A stretch of DNA of 64,000 bases, taken from NCBI GenBank assembly GCA_016234595.1, contig JACRBG010000001.1:10810-74809 (forward strand), in the 5' to 3' direction. The first letter of the stretch is position 1. The number at the start of each line of letters is the position of its first letter. A program made the translations under genes and the position numbers. The notes beneath the pieces were generated by a model, which did no database searches, was not told the origin of the DNA, and saw only the letters and a list, made by a program, of their open reading frames with translations. Below, piece by piece: positions 55,563 through 64,000 of the stretch. Source of the DNA: Chloroflexota bacterium (GTDB lineage: Bacteria; Chloroflexota; Anaerolineae; Aggregatilineales; J027).

Positions 55563-57011
55563 TTAGGACTCGCTTGTTTTTTTCGCTAATGGGGTGGTGG
55601 GTACGGCCTCAACCGTAGGATTGGTGCTAGTAGTTCGGCTCTCTTTGGCATGGTCGTCGGACTCTTCAGGTTGTTGGGGCAGCACTTTTTGAACATTGAC
55701 CCGTCGTATACGCCGACCTGTTACTGAAAGCACTCGAATAACCACCTGATTGGCCGCGATTTCATCCCCCGGCACGGGCACCCGGCCCAATTTTTCAAAG
55801 ATGTAACCGCCGAGTGTATCACTTTCTTCAGTGGGAAGCGAGACACCCAACAAATGGTTGACGTTATCGAGGTCTATGCGGGCATTAAAGACATATTCCG
55901 TCTCACTAATTTCTTCATAAGGGGCTTCTTCTTTGAAGTCATATTCGTCTTGAATTTCCCCCACAATTTCCTCAACCAAATCTTCAATGGTCAAGATACC
56001 CGCCGTCCCGCCAAATTCATCTACCACATACACCAGATGTGTTTTACGCTCTTGCAATTCAATGAGCAAATCGCTGGCTTTCTTGGATTCGGGGATAAAG
56101 TAGGCTTCGCGTAACAGAGATTGCAGGGATTCAAGTTTTTGACCATCCCGCCAGACTTTCAGCAAATCTTTGGCATACAGGCTTCCCACAATGTTATCAA
56201 TCGTGTCGCGGTAGACTGGGATACGCGAATGCCCTTCGGTGATAATGAGGTCAAGGGCCTGCTCAATGGTGGAATCAATATCCAAAGCCACAATATCAAT
56301 GCGGGGAACCATCACTTCACGGGCAAGGGTGTCGTCGAAAAAGCGGATGATGGAATAGATCATCTCCTTTTCTTCATCTTCTAAAACCCCCTCTTCTTGC
56401 CCCGCATCCACCAGTGTCTTGATTTCTTCCTCGGTGACCAGTTGGCTAGAGCCATCACCCCCAAATAAGGTGGCAATTTGGCCGGATATGCGCAAAATCA
56501 GCAGAATGAGGGGCGCAAAAAAACGCACGAGGTTGAACATCACCCAACCCGCAAAAATCGCATAGCGTTCAGGTCGGCTGGCCCCAACAACTGTGGGAAT
56601 ACGATCCCCCAGCACCAGCAAAAACACACTCGTCAAGCAAATCAACAACCCATAAAGTAAACCCGTGCTTAAAGCATCTTGAGACGCTTTTTCAATCGAG
56701 TCCGCAAAAGTGACCATTACCAATAGCACAATAATGCTGTCAAGGATGATGGACAAAAATTGATAAGTCGCCATTAATCGTGTGGCGTCTTCGCCCACTT
56801 TTAGGGCATGGCTAACATATTTTTGACCATTTTCAACACGCTCGCGCAGCAAACTCTTGCGAGAATTGACAATTCCGCTATAGCCAAGCGTCAGCACTAG
56901 TTTGACCCATAGCAATATCAGCGCGGCCATAAGACCAGTCGTAAAGCTAATCTCCACTGTATTTCCTCTGAGCTTGATCAACATGGGTGAGACAGTATAA
57001 ACCGGGGGCAA
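55563..57011 (-). CDS. CNNM/HlyC-CorC family transporter (DUF21 - CBS pair - CorC_HlyC)
   Basis: 482 aa as the longest ORF; the true start is probably downstream, near the first TM at 'MAALILLW'. Four TM helices form the DUF21 module, followed by a CBS pair and a CorC C-terminal domain. The acidic, Thr-rich C-terminal tail is unusual. Confidence 0.75.
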   Translation of the reverse strand: MPPVYTVSPMLIKLRGNTVEISFTTGLMAALILLWVKLVLTLGYSGIVNSRKSLLRERVENGQKYVSHALKVGEDATRLMATYQFLSIILDSIIVLLVMVTFADSIEKASQDALSTGLLYGLLICLTSVFLLVLGDRIPTVVGASRPERYAIFAGWVMFNLVRFFAPLILLILRISGQIATLFGGDGSSQLVTEEEIKTLVDAGQEEGVLEDEEKEMIYSIIRFFDDTLAREVMVPRIDIVALDIDSTIEQALDLIITEGHSRIPVYRDTIDNIVGSLYAKDLLKVWRDGQKLESLQSLLREAYFIPESKKASDLLIELQERKTHLVYVVDEFGGTAGILTIEDLVEEIVGEIQDEYDFKEEAPYEEISETEYVFNARIDLDNVNHLLGVSLPTEESDTLGGYIFEKLGRVPVPGDEIAANQVVIRVLSVTGRRIRRVNVQKVLPQQPEESDDHAKESRTTSTNPTVEAVPTTPLAKKTSES

Positions 57012-57329
57012 TAACTAACCCTCGGCGCTGAAAAAAAGAGGGGCAGGCCGTTGGATTATGTAAGGGAGGTTCAGTTAAAGAAGGTTCGTTCACGCTCGCC
57101 GTGTCTTGGCTTATTGGACACATTATATTGGGCATTATATCAAGCCAATGGGCCAGATGCAACACAAAAAGCCCATTTTTAACTTGGGTGCAGGCCAATA
57201 GACATCCTCTTGCATCTTGTCCAAACCGACACGCAATGGTCAAATACCGCAGTCATCTCTTAGCCTAAAATTGTAGATCATTTTATAGAACCCACGTTCT
57301 ATTACTGATACTTATATAAGCCGAGTTTG

Positions 57330-57353
57330 AATCCGTTACCGTGGTAACGGATT
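57330..57353. promoter_or_regulatory. 24-bp near-perfect palindrome (AATCCGTTACC-gt-GGTAACGGATT) in the divergent CNNM/holB intergenic region; candidate operator
   Basis: Read directly from the sequence: 11-bp arms around a 2-bp centre, 110 nt upstream of the holB ATG at 57463. Confidence 0.35.
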
Positions 57354-57462
57354 TATGCGTGGTGGTCATATCCAAAGGGCATAAAATGGCCGTTAGTCCA
57401 AAAAATTTATGGTAGAAGGCAACCCATCGCAAATCCGCAATCCCTCTGCTAAAATAATTAAC

Positions 57463-58476
57463 ATGACACAATATGACACGTTTTCCGCAAATTGGCCTAT
57501 TGTGGGCCACACTTGGGCGATTGACCAACTCCGGCGTGCGCTTCAATTTGAACGCACCCGCCATGCCTATCTCATCACCGGCCCCGCCAGCATTGGCAAA
57601 ACAACCCTCGCATGGACATTGGCAACAGCCCTTAATTGTCAGGGCGATACCCCACCCTGTGGTCATTGTCGAAGCTGCAAACTTATGGCATCCGGTAGTC
57701 ATTCGGATGTCATGGTGGTGGAGTCTGAACATGTTGGGGCGACCCTCAAAATTGAGCAGATTCGTGAATTACAGCATAGTTTAGCTTTGCGACCCTATGA
57801 AGGGCGTTTCAAAGTCGCTATTTTGCGCCGCTTCCACGAAGCCAACCCTGCTGCTCAAAACGCTCTGCTTAAAACCCTTGAAGAACCATCGTCGCAAGTG
57901 GTTTTGATTTTGACAGCGGAACACAGTGATGTCCTTTTACCCACCATCGTCTCACGCTGCCAAGTTCTGAACCTACGCCCTTTAGCCTTAGAGGAAACGG
58001 CCACCGCCCTACGTGATACTTGGCATGTTGAACCAGACCAAGCGACCCTCTTAGCACGGCTTTCCGGCGGACGTATTGGGTGGGCCATTCGGAGTATTGA
58101 CGACACCGCCGAGCTTGAACTGCGTCACGAATCTGTCAACGTGTTGGAGCAGGCAGTTACTGGTACGCGCTATGAACGTTTTCAATTGGCCGAAGATTTA
58201 GCTAAAGACAAGCCAACTCTCCTAACGGTGCTAGATATATGGCAGACCTATTGGCGGGATGTTTTGCTGACGGTCACAGGCAGCCAAACTCCCCTTGTGA
58301 ATATTGACCACGAGGGGGCCATCTCACAAATCGCCACCGCCATTACGCCCGAAGTTGCCCAACGTGCCCTAGAGGCAACTCGCCGAACGATTATCCAACT
58401 CGGACAGAACGCCAACACTCGCCTATGTATTGAAGTTCTGTTGTTAGATTACCCCTTTGCGAAGCCATCCCGCTAA
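57463..58476 (+). CDS. holB: DNA polymerase III subunit delta'
   Basis: 'HAYLITGPASIGKTTLAWTLATALNC' is an AAA+ Walker A, 'CGHCRSC' is the zinc module, and 'RCQVL' is sensor-1. The start at 57463 (MTQYD) is preferred over the longest-ORF start at 57409. Confidence 0.8.
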   Translation: MTQYDTFSANWPIVGHTWAIDQLRRALQFERTRHAYLITGPASIGKTTLAWTLATALNCQGDTPPCGHCRSCKLMASGSHSDVMVVESEHVGATLKIEQIRELQHSLALRPYEGRFKVAILRRFHEANPAAQNALLKTLEEPSSQVVLILTAEHSDVLLPTIVSRCQVLNLRPLALEETATALRDTWHVEPDQATLLARLSGGRIGWAIRSIDDTAELELRHESVNVLEQAVTGTRYERFQLAEDLAKDKPTLLTVLDIWQTYWRDVLLTVTGSQTPLVNIDHEGAISQIATAITPEVAQRALEATRRTIIQLGQNANTRLCIEVLLLDYPFAKPSR

Positions 58477-58579
58477 TGGTCTAGGTCAAGTTTCCCATTA
58501 GGTCTATCAAAATTACCCATTTTGATTCTGCTATATTGATTAGCCGACTTATTCGTGCTATATTGTTTTGCTAATAAAG

Positions 58580-58634
58580 CTACTCATGCCCGTTCATCGT
58601 CGCGGACACACGGGGGTTGCCGAGTAGTTTTTTG
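58580..58634 (+). terminator. Possible Rho-independent terminator downstream of holB
   Basis: GC-rich imperfect hairpin (CTACTC...CCCG-loop-CGGG...GAGTAG) followed by TTTTTT at 58628-58633. Confidence 0.3.
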
Positions 58635-58825
58635 ATTTCAGTTGACTGGGGAGGTGTTTATCGGCTAGGCACTTAAAAATTGCTACTAACACGCATGTTT
58701 TAAACTGCCCAGTAGCATTTGCCTTTTGATAAAACCAATAGACAAATGTGTGCTCGCGGTGGCTCAACTCTAAAACCTTCGGGTTCTCCAAACCTGAAAA
58801 ACTCAATATCCTCAAAAGGTTTAAA

Positions 58826-59614
58826 ATGGCCGAGCACAATAACTTGTATCAGCGTGCGATTTATTATGATGTGATTTTTGACCGCGACGTCAGCCGCGAA
58901 GTGGAATTTTTGAAAGCAGTCTATCGCCAAATTGTAGGACGTGAGCTTCAGTCAGTTCTAGATTTAGCATGTGGGCCGGGGTATCACGCCCGCGCTTTTG
59001 GCAAACAAGGTTATCGTTCCGTTGGCCTAGATTTACGGCCTGAAATGATCGAATTCGCCAAAGATAGAGCCGATGAAGTTGGGGCAGTGGTGGACTGGGT
59101 AGCCGCTGATATGACCAATTTCCGTCTAGATGAGCCGGTTGATTTTGCATTTTGTATGTTCGACAGTATGGACTGTCTAACCGCCAACGAGCAAATTATC
59201 AATCACTTTCGAGCTATGAGTGATAATCTAACACCGCATGGCCTCTATCTAGTGGACTTGAACCACCCAGCGACCTGCTCTATTACGGTCTACGACCCGT
59301 TTTGTTATGCTGGTCAACGCGATGGCATTTCGGCCGAAATTCGCTGGGCCGACACTCCACCAACGATTGATATGGTGGCTGGGGTAGCCCATACGATGCT
59401 GGAAATGCGCGTGAAAGATCATGGGAAAGAGTTAGTAATTACCGATCAAGCCCAAGAACGACTGTTAACCCCGCCTGAACTCCAGTTGTTGGCTGATCTA
59501 TCTGGCACATTGGAAGTTGTCGGCTGGTATGGTGATTTCGACCTCAGCCAGCCTTTTTCAAGTTCCCCCGCATCCCGACGAATGATCGTCATATTTCAGA
59601 AGAGGAGTCAATAA
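58826..59614 (+). CDS. Class-I SAM-dependent methyltransferase
   Basis: 'VLDLACGPGYHARAF' is motif I. The start at 58826 is preferred because AAAAGG lies 5 nt upstream. Its stop TAA abuts the ATG of the next gene. Confidence 0.7.
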   Translation: MAEHNNLYQRAIYYDVIFDRDVSREVEFLKAVYRQIVGRELQSVLDLACGPGYHARAFGKQGYRSVGLDLRPEMIEFAKDRADEVGAVVDWVAADMTNFRLDEPVDFAFCMFDSMDCLTANEQIINHFRAMSDNLTPHGLYLVDLNHPATCSITVYDPFCYAGQRDGISAEIRWADTPPTIDMVAGVAHTMLEMRVKDHGKELVITDQAQERLLTPPELQLLADLSGTLEVVGWYGDFDLSQPFSSSPASRRMIVIFQKRSQ

Positions 59615-60157
59615 ATGAACGAACTCAACGACCACCCTAGCTCATACCTCTCACCCAAAGTGGAGGGGCGTGTGTTCCCTGAAAAGGGCGGTCATGGTGC
59701 TTTTGCCCGCGAACTCATTCGCGCCGGAGAAATAATTTCGGTTTGGGGTGGAAAAGTCATGACAAGGGCGGAAGTTGCCCAGCTTAATAATCCAGCGATC
59801 ACGACACTTGCCGCCCAGATTGATGAAGACATCTTTCTTGTGACGACGAAGGAAGGCCCCGGCGATTGGGTGAACCATTCGTGCGAGCCAAATGCTGGTT
59901 TGCAAGGGCAAGTGACCTTAGTCGCCATGCGCGACATTCAACCCGGCGAAGAGGTCTGTTTTGATTACGCCATGACCGATGGGTCGGTGTATGATGAATT
60001 TACCTGTGCTTGTGGATCGCCGAAATGCCGAGGCTACGTTAGTGGCAACGATTGGCAAAATCCTGAACTGTGGGAACGCTACCGAGGCTATTTTTCGCCT
60101 TACCTACAGAAAAGAATTGAGCGCCTCCAAGAGGAATTGTCTGTTTCAGCTGTCTAA
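59615..60157 (+). CDS. SET-domain protein-lysine N-methyltransferase
   Basis: 180 aa. The hallmark SET motif 'NHSCEPNA', the catalytic Tyr context 'EVCFDY', and the post-SET Cys cluster 'CACGSPKC'. Confidence 0.75.
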   Translation: MNELNDHPSSYLSPKVEGRVFPEKGGHGAFARELIRAGEIISVWGGKVMTRAEVAQLNNPAITTLAAQIDEDIFLVTTKEGPGDWVNHSCEPNAGLQGQVTLVAMRDIQPGEEVCFDYAMTDGSVYDEFTCACGSPKCRGYVSGNDWQNPELWERYRGYFSPYLQKRIERLQEELSVSAV

Positions 60158-60194
60158 CCAGATAACTGAATCAAGCTAGGCTGGTCTACAAAAT

Positions 60195-60218
60195 TTGGGG
60201 AGGTTACATCCTCCCCAA
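60195..60218 (+). terminator. Hairpin downstream of the SET gene; weak terminator candidate
   Basis: TTGGGGAGG-ttacat-CCTCCCCAA lies 38 nt after the stop. The following tract is only moderately U-rich. Confidence 0.3.
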
Positions 60219-60243
60219 TACAATTTATAACTGCCCCGTATCT

Positions 60244-60289
60244 AAATATTGACATTTTGCACTATACGTTGATAGTATTTGTCAATATT
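60244..60289. promoter_or_regulatory. 10-bp inverted repeat (AATATTGACA ... TGTCAATATT) with a 25-bp spacer in the gltB upstream region
   Basis: Read directly from the sequence. It is ~250 nt upstream of the gltB ATG, and a third direct copy of AATATTGAC starts at 60284. Confidence 0.3.
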
Positions 60290-60519
60290 GACTAGATTCG
60301 TTGAGTTTCTGCCCCCATTTGCCCTATCATCTTTAACAATAACCGTCAACCAGCCTCGACTGAGGGTGGGCTTTATGCCCCTCAATTCCGGTTGGTTGTT
60401 CGTACCTCTTTTCACAATCAATCCTAGTGGGAGAGTCACGAAAAACCCGGTCAGATAAGCCAAAGGAAACGGAACCAATTTGAAGACCTAGTATTTTCAT
60501 TTTTTACGAGGGTAGCACT

Positions 60520-63500
60520 ATGACCATTCCCAATATTCGGACTGACACCCCCCCTGAATCCCCTGACGGCCCAGAACATGACGCCTGTGCGCTTATCATG
60601 AGCGTACGTAAAGGCGGCGAAAGCACTTATGGAACATTAAAACGCGCTATTCATGCCCTGAGCCACATGGGCCACCGCACTGGCTTTGTGGAGGGGGAAG
60701 GCGACGGCGCAGGCATCCAGACCGACATTCCCCGCCAGCTATGGGGTAAAAAATTAAGCCAAGCTGGACTGCGATCCTCCATCGCCACCGACCCACGCTT
60801 CTGGGTGGGCCACTGTTTTATCCCGGCCAATGAAGACTGGCGTGAAATCAGCGAAGCCTTAAATGCCCATTTTAATGATGCTGGTCTCAATTTATTGATT
60901 GCCGAGCCGGGGCCAGTTGTTATGAGTGCGTTAGGCCGACAAGCTCGCCAGAATGCGCCGCTATTTATTCAACTTGCAGGCTATGGCGAAAACGCTGATG
61001 TGGATACCGCCTTATTCCGAGTCCAGTCCGAAGTAGAAAAGCTCCTACCCATTCATTTTGCGTCATTGAATTCACACGTGGTTGTTTATAAAGTCCGCGG
61101 CTCAGTCGAAGTGCTACCCCGTTTTTATCCAGATTTGCAAGATCGCACTTATTACACGGCTATGGCCTTGTGTCATGCCCGCTATTCCACCAACACCGCT
61201 TCGAGTTTTGAGCGCGTGCAGCCCTTCCCATTAATGGGGCATAATGGCGAAATCAATACCATTAGCCGTTTCCGTCAAGAGGCCATCCAGATTGGGGCGG
61301 AACTTGACCCCAACAACTCCGACTCGCAAGACATTGATCGCACCCTACAAACCCTCTGTGCTAATTATGGTCTAAGTGTCATCGAAGGTCTTGAAATTCT
61401 CTTCCCCCCCGTCCCATTTGAAGTCGAAAATATGCCCAAACCGTTGCAAGCGGTCTATAACCGTCTGCGCCAATCCTTCGGGCCATATGCCCAAGGGCCA
61501 GCCGCGATTATTGCCCGTTACGCCAATATGGCGGTGGTCAGCGTAGATGCGCTCGGTTTGCGTCCTTTGTGGTTTGTTGAGACTGAAAAAGAATTTATCT
61601 TTAGTTCGGAGCGGGGCGTGGTTCCGCTCGAAAATATGATGCGCGACCCTCGGCCTTTGGCCCCCGGCGAAAAAATGGCCGTGCGGCTTAATCGTGGTAA
61701 AAGCGTCGAGGTTTTTGACCATGCCGAAATTCGCCAATATGTCATGAAACAGGCCTTCCAGCGCGAAGTGCCCCAATTTGCCGAGCGCTATTGGTCGGGT
61801 TGGAGCAGTTACAGCGTCCCCGGTGAAGTTCGTCCACGCGGTGGCGACGGTGGGGGTGGAGTATCTCCATCTTTGGCCCAAGCGGAAGTCGCTGTAGACA
61901 CCGCTCTGATGGAAGTTGCCACTCTAGCCGCTACCACTGAATTGCCATGGCAATATGCCCAAACACGCTCGGTAGATGCCATTGTATTGGCAGCAACAGG
62001 CTGGAACCGTGAGCAAATCCAAGAAATTGAATCGGTTGTTGATACCAGTGGTAAAGATTTGGTCGGGTCGTTGGGGCATGACGGGCCATTGGCAATCCTG
62101 AGCAAAAATCGCGTCAATGTGGCTGATTTCTTCAAAGAAACCGTCGCTGTCGTCACCAATCCTGCCATTGACCGCGAACGCGAAGCCGAAGCCTTCTCCA
62201 CGCGCATGATTGTGGGTGCTCGGCCTGCCATTGGAGCCGCTCCTGACCCAGAAGATATTCTAATTGTCCTAGAAACACCCATCCTATCAGGCGGTCATCC
62301 CACGTTGGGTGATGCTGAATTGCTGCGTTCTGTTGCTGAGCCCTTCGGTACGATGAGCATTGAAGACCTACTTGAGCGATTTGGCAGCCGTGTGGCATGG
62401 CTAACACTGGGCCTATATCCCGGTGAAACTGTTAGCGCTGCCCTCAACCGTTTGGCCCATGAAGCCGTTAATGCCGTTCGGTCAGATGGACAGTGCCTCG
62501 TCCTAGACGATACACAAACACTTGAGGAGAATCTTGGCTGGCTCGATCCGCATTTGGCGACAGGGGTTATTGACCGCGCTTTGCGGGAAGCCGACGATGA
62601 AATTAATCTGCGTCGTCGCACGGGCATTGTCGTCCGTAGTGCTAGCCTCCGAACGCTGCATGATGTTATTTTGTTGTGTGGCCTAGGTGCAGATGCCGTC
62701 AATCCCTACGGCATGTTTGTGGTGGGTATTGGGGCCGACAAAAAATCCAAGACGCTCGTTGGGCAAGATTCTCTCAAAGCCCAACGCAACGTCCTGAAAA
62801 ACCTGACAGCGGGTCTAGAAAAAGTAACCTCGACCATTGGTTGTCATGAACTGCGCGGCTATGGTCGCACTTTCAGCAGCATCGGCCTTGCCCCAAGCGT
62901 AGCAGGCATGTTAAACACGCCGAATTATTTCGGAAGCGAAAAAGTTGGGATGACATGGGAACGCCTTGACCGCGAGGCTAATGACCGCGCCGCTGAATTA
63001 CGGGGGGAAGCCAAAGCCCAAATCGCCCGTGTGGATCGCTTCTATCCCAAATTCTGGAAAAAAGCCGAAGCTGTTGCCCATGGTGAAATGTCGCTAGATG
63101 AGTTTATCGAGATGTACCGCAACCTAAAAGAAGAAGTGCCGATTGCGTTGCGCCACATTATCGAAATCAAGCACCTCTCCGACCGCATCCACCCCGAAGA
63201 AGTCGAAATTGGGGTTGATATTCACGACATGCCCTTGCTTATTAGCGCTATGTCCTTTGGTTCGCAGGGTGAATTAGCCTATCGCGCCTATGCTGAAGCC
63301 GCTGAACGCCTGAATATCGTCTGCGTCAATGGTGAGGGTGGTGAACTGCCCGACATGATGAACCGCTTCCGCAATAATCGCGGCCAGCAGGTTGCATCTG
63401 GTCGTTTTGGCGTCAATGCTGAATTCTTAAATTCCGCTTATGTGCTCGAAATTAAGATTGGGCAAGGGGCTAAACCCGGTGAAGGTGGGATGCTACCCGG

Positions 63501-63999
63501 TTACAAGGTCAGCCCACAGGTGGCCGAAGCCCGTCGCACCACCCCCTATGTCGCCTTGATTTCCCCCTCCAATAATCATGACCTTTATTCCATCGAAGAT
63601 CTTGCTCAACTGATTGAGGAACTCAAAACAGTCAATCCTGAAGCCAAGGTCTCGGTCAAAGTACCCGTCGTGCCGGGGATTGGTGTGATTGCGGTTGGTG
63701 TTGCCAAAGCCGGGGCCGACATTATTGACGTTACAGGTTACGATGGCGCAACGGGTGCAGCCCGTCGTCATTCGCTGCAATATGTTGGCCTGCCCACTGA
63801 AATTGGGGTTATTCAAGCCCATCGGGCCCTGATTGAATCTGGCCTGCGTCACCGTGTCGAATTGTGGTGCGATGGCGGCATGAAAACAGGTAGCGATGCC
63901 GTCAAGATGATTCTGCTCGGCGCGAACCGTGTTGGCTTTGCGACAATGGCAATGGTCGCGATTGGCTGTACCATCTGTCGTAAATGTCATGAAGGCACG
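60520..63999 (+). CDS. gltB: Glutamate synthase large subunit (3'-partial; runs off the window end)
   Basis: The ORF from the ATG at 60520 stays open to the window edge. 'CHARYSTNT' and 'GHNGEINT' are Ntn-amidotransferase hallmarks. The FMN/central domain shows 'GEGGELPD' and 'EIKIGQGAKPGEGGMLPG'. Confidence 0.85.
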   Translation, partial: MTIPNIRTDTPPESPDGPEHDACALIMSVRKGGESTYGTLKRAIHALSHMGHRTGFVEGEGDGAGIQTDIPRQLWGKKLSQAGLRSSIATDPRFWVGHCFIPANEDWREISEALNAHFNDAGLNLLIAEPGPVVMSALGRQARQNAPLFIQLAGYGENADVDTALFRVQSEVEKLLPIHFASLNSHVVVYKVRGSVEVLPRFYPDLQDRTYYTAMALCHARYSTNTASSFERVQPFPLMGHNGEINTISRFRQEAIQIGAELDPNNSDSQDIDRTLQTLCANYGLSVIEGLEILFPPVPFEVENMPKPLQAVYNRLRQSFGPYAQGPAAIIARYANMAVVSVDALGLRPLWFVETEKEFIFSSERGVVPLENMMRDPRPLAPGEKMAVRLNRGKSVEVFDHAEIRQYVMKQAFQREVPQFAERYWSGWSSYSVPGEVRPRGGDGGGGVSPSLAQAEVAVDTALMEVATLAATTELPWQYAQTRSVDAIVLAATGWNREQIQEIESVVDTSGKDLVGSLGHDGPLAILSKNRVNVADFFKETVAVVTNPAIDREREAEAFSTRMIVGARPAIGAAPDPEDILIVLETPILSGGHPTLGDAELLRSVAEPFGTMSIEDLLERFGSRVAWLTLGLYPGETVSAALNRLAHEAVNAVRSDGQCLVLDDTQTLEENLGWLDPHLATGVIDRALREADDEINLRRRTGIVVRSASLRTLHDVILLCGLGADAVNPYGMFVVGIGADKKSKTLVGQDSLKAQRNVLKNLTAGLEKVTSTIGCHELRGYGRTFSSIGLAPSVAGMLNTPNYFGSEKVGMTWERLDREANDRAAELRGEAKAQIARVDRFYPKFWKKAEAVAHGEMSLDEFIEMYRNLKEEVPIALRHIIEIKHLSDRIHPEEVEIGVDIHDMPLLISAMSFGSQGELAYRAYAEAAERLNIVCVNGEGGELPDMMNRFRNNRGQQVASGRFGVNAEFLNSAYVLEIKIGQGAKPGEGGMLPGYKVSPQVAEARRTTPYVALISPSNNHDLYSIEDLAQLIEELKTVNPEAKVSVKVPVVPGIGVIAVGVAKAGADIIDVTGYDGATGAARRHSLQYVGLPTEIGVIQAHRALIESGLRHRVELWCDGGMKTGSDAVKMILLGANRVGFATMAMVAIGCTICRKCHEGT

Positions 64000-64000
64000 T

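Noticed and set aside
57321-57353. tRNA-like T-loop motif 'GTTTGAATCC'
   Set aside because: No acceptor stem or anticodon arm can be formed from the flanking sequence. The motif is part of the 24-bp palindrome.
57283-57732. 149-aa minus-strand ORF overlapping the holB start and promoter region
   Set aside because: It is antisense to the well-supported holB N-terminus, has a Cys/Gly-rich low-complexity translation, and has no RBS.
60330-60519. Possible glutamine riboswitch in the gltB leader (segments such as 'CCAAAGGAAACGGAAC')
   Set aside because: I cannot reconstruct the conserved E-loop/pseudoknot consensus from the sequence by eye, and the element is not known from this phylum. It is left as a leader region needing an Infernal scan.
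60651-62702. Multiple minus-strand ORFs (60651-60890, 61372-61881, 61809-62282, 62295-62702) opposite the gltB region
   Set aside because: The plus strand here carries an uninterrupted glutamate synthase reading frame with diagnostic motifs. The antisense ORFs are Arg/Ala/Ser-rich artefacts of GC-rich coding DNA.

Overview
This 64-kb window appears to be densely coding chromosomal DNA from a Chloroflexi-like bacterium (Herpetosiphon-like). That assignment is an inference from ~50% GC, the giant Ser/Thr-kinase/WD40 proteins and the weak Shine-Dalgarno usage. I call about 50 protein genes and see no rRNA, tRNA, CRISPR array or obvious mobile element. The main blocks are listed below.

1. **1-9.7 kb.** A partial PHB-depolymerase-family esterase is followed by two large GT-C (GT39/ArnT/PMT-like) membrane glycosyltransferases, one of them a 1634-aa two-module fusion. 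A metallophosphoesterase gene overlaps the 3' end of the fusion gene.
2. **9.65-16.2 kb.** A 2180-aa Ser/Thr kinase - STAND P-loop NTPase - predicted TM helix - Ala/Gln-rich 84-bp tandem-repeat tract - WD40 array protein.
3. **16.3-22.6 kb.** A minus-strand operon that looks like reductive pyrimidine/beta-alanine catabolism: mmsA, a Mer-like LLM oxidoreductase, a dihydropyrimidinase/hydantoinase, a class-III aminotransferase and coaX. A NitT/TauT-type ABC transporter lies divergent to it at 22.8-27.7 kb, and one of its permeases carries an internally duplicated extra N-terminal membrane module.
4. **27.7-41.2 kb.** Housekeeping and signalling genes: coaBC, a ThrE pair, flotillin, a second receptor-type Ser/Thr kinase, an MFS transporter, rtcB, a persulfide dioxygenase-rhodanese fusion with an O-methyltransferase, and a heterodimeric ABC exporter at 41.4-45.0 kb.
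5. **45.5-46.1 kb.** A TPR gene interrupted by an in-frame TAG.
6. **46.2-49.1 kb.** An ADP-ribosylglycohydrolase, an LMW protein-tyrosine phosphatase and a fructosamine kinase.
7. **49.1-54.4 kb.** A second glycosylation module: a GT2 polyprenyl-phosphate sugar transferase, a WecD-like acetyltransferase, two methyltransferases and a GT-C transferase.
8. **54.4-64.0 kb.** recO, cdd, a CNNM transporter, holB, a SAM methyltransferase + SET-domain operon, and the 5' part of a glutamate synthase large subunit running off the window.

The most interesting candidates are the pyrimidine/beta-alanine operon with an F420-type oxidoreductase and coaX, the multi-GT-C lipid-linked glycosylation system, the kinase-STAND-TM-repeat-WD40 giant, and the methyltransferase-SET operon.
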